Shown here piece by piece: positions 62,201 to 64,000 of a stretch of 64,000 nt of DNA. Position 1 is the stretch's first letter; every line of letters starts with the position of its first letter. The position numbers and the translations under genes were made by a program. Source of the DNA: Camelus dromedarius. Its lineage: Eukaryota. The stretch spans positions 108,936,001 through 109,000,000 of the forward strand of contig NC_087437.1 of NCBI RefSeq assembly GCF_036321535.1, written 5' to 3'. Under the pieces are notes generated by a model. The model worked only from the letters and a program-made list of their open reading frames with translations, was not told where the DNA came from and did no database searches.

Positions 62201-64000
62201 CTATGTACCAAGGCACATTTCCAAGTATGGGGCACTCCCAGTGAATGAAACTGACATCTACACTTCCACCCGTGGGAAGCGCAAACCCTACCATTAGGCA
62301 TCAAAACAACACATCCTGAAAAATACACTTGGTAATTTTTAAGGCTAAAATAGTTCAAAAGTATCAAGATGTAGATTTATATTTTAAGCATCTTTCAAAA
62401 GGTCTTAGGCACTTGTCTGAACCAGCTTCTATTATTCATCTGCTGTATCTCTTGATGAATCATTTCTTGCTGTTTCTCTTTCAGTCCCCTTTCTACACTC
62501 TATTTGCAAAGTCAGAAAATATAGGTTAAACTTAAAAACAATATGTTAGATGCATTTTCAAATAATAGGCTCAAGAAGCTTTCAAATGAGGTAGATTTGC
62601 CCTAGATTTAAAGCAATGGGCCTAATTGTAAAAATAGGGGAAAAAACCTCTAATATAAAACACTACTTACTGTCTGTCTAAAAATTCTGGAAGCACAGGG
62701 AATATGGTATAATTACTATACTTTTTAAGGGTTCTGAAGGTTGAAGGAATACAGACTAAGCTGTTTGACATTGTAATTGACACATTGTTGAAAATTAGTT
62801 TTCTATCCTGTTTCCTGACTTTGTGGGACACCCTATATTTTACTTCTGTATCCACTGCAATGAGGAAGTAGCCATGTCTTGACAGTTCAGATATTTCTCT
62901 TGTTTTATCTCTCCTTTATTCTCCCTACATTGTGAAACAGAGGACGAGGTTGGATGCTATAAACCAAAAGGCGGAGTGGAATGCAAATTTTCTTCTAGGA
63001 CACCTTCTATTGACTTACCTTGATTTAGGCAATGGAGGTCTGGTTTAATGGAAAGAAACAGGAAGTCTTTTTTTGGGTTTTACATTAGTCGCAAGGGCTT
63101 TTCTGACACAGGCCAAACTGATTCCCTCAGTGTTCTCCTCTGTGAAATGCGATTTTGCGGGTAGATATTTTCTAAGTCCCTTCTTGCCCTGACAGTATGT
63201 GCTTCCATTACACATGTGTCCTTCTGAACTTGAGAAGGTGGAAGGGGTCACATTTCTTCCTACGTTTTTGATATCTCTGCCCATATTTACCATCTCTGTA
63301 AGGGTTGGAATTCATCATTAAAGGAAATAATTCTTTCATGCTTTATTAGTAAAAAGTTAGAAAGTCAAGTGACTCCTCTTTCAATCAATTAGCAATTGTA
63401 TGAAAGAGCAAGAAATTCACAAATTGTAGGGGAGGAAAAAGCCATTACTTGGTATCTAGGATTTTGTGGCTTGTAGTTATTCTTGAATATTTTAAGGACT
63501 CAAAAAATTCTAAATACTTTCAAGAAGGATAGTTTCCAGAACTCACAGCCCCATGTTGAGTTCTGTATTTCATGGTTAAAAAATATAAATCAATTTTGTT
63601 AATGGAGCACCACAGATTAGAAGGAGGAGGCCTAGGCTATTTCAAGTATTTTAACCCATTGTTTCTCAGGAACTTCCACATGGATGTTTTGTAAATTGAA
63701 AGAAGCTAAACGAGGAGGCACCCGCAGAAATCTGTGGCCAGTCTGCACGCAAACCAAAGCATTTGGCAAAGGGCTCTGTGCTGATGTGCACGCAATCCAG
63801 CAGAAGAGCTGAAAATGTTATTTTCATAGTTGAATGATTAAAATAGAAATGGTTTGTTTACTCTCTCCAACTGTGGTTAGGAAATACACTAGATTAAAAC
63901 TCAGGCAAGTGAGTTTCTGTTTCTGATCTGCCAACTACTGGGGTAAGTTGGTCTCTCCATGTGCTCATCTTGGCAGGCATCTCCTCAGGCTCTTTACCAG

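Noticed and set aside
1..64000. CRISPR array, operon, rRNA, snRNA or processed pseudogene
   Set aside because: No repeat-spacer array, prokaryotic gene organisation or recognisable RNA gene or retrocopy was seen; the sequence is mammalian intron and intergenic DNA.

Overview
Mammalian genomic DNA, most likely a camelid (camel, alpaca or llama), judged from eight tRNA-derived Vic-1-type SINEs and matching young L1 3' ends. The only supportable gene is the 3' end of MAP3K7CL (C21orf7/TAK1L) on the + strand: two coding exons (1974-2089 and 11094-11274) joined by a ~9 kb phase-2 GT-AG intron, then a ~1 kb 3' UTR. The remaining ~52 kb has no credible coding exon. By recalled synteny it is the MAP3K7CL-BACH1 interval, filled with L1, L2, MIR, CR1/L3, MaLR/ERV LTRs and hAT/Tigger MITEs. 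I found no new protein-coding system. The most notable sequence-level observations are: two independent twin-primed (5'-inverted) L1 insertions that both invert at the same internal A-tract; a three-tier nested insertion; a strong minus-strand bias of retroposon insertions beyond the gene end; and a local template-switch scar. Repeat family names come from recall of consensus sequences, not a database search, and repeat boundaries without a stated target-site duplication (TSD) are approximate.
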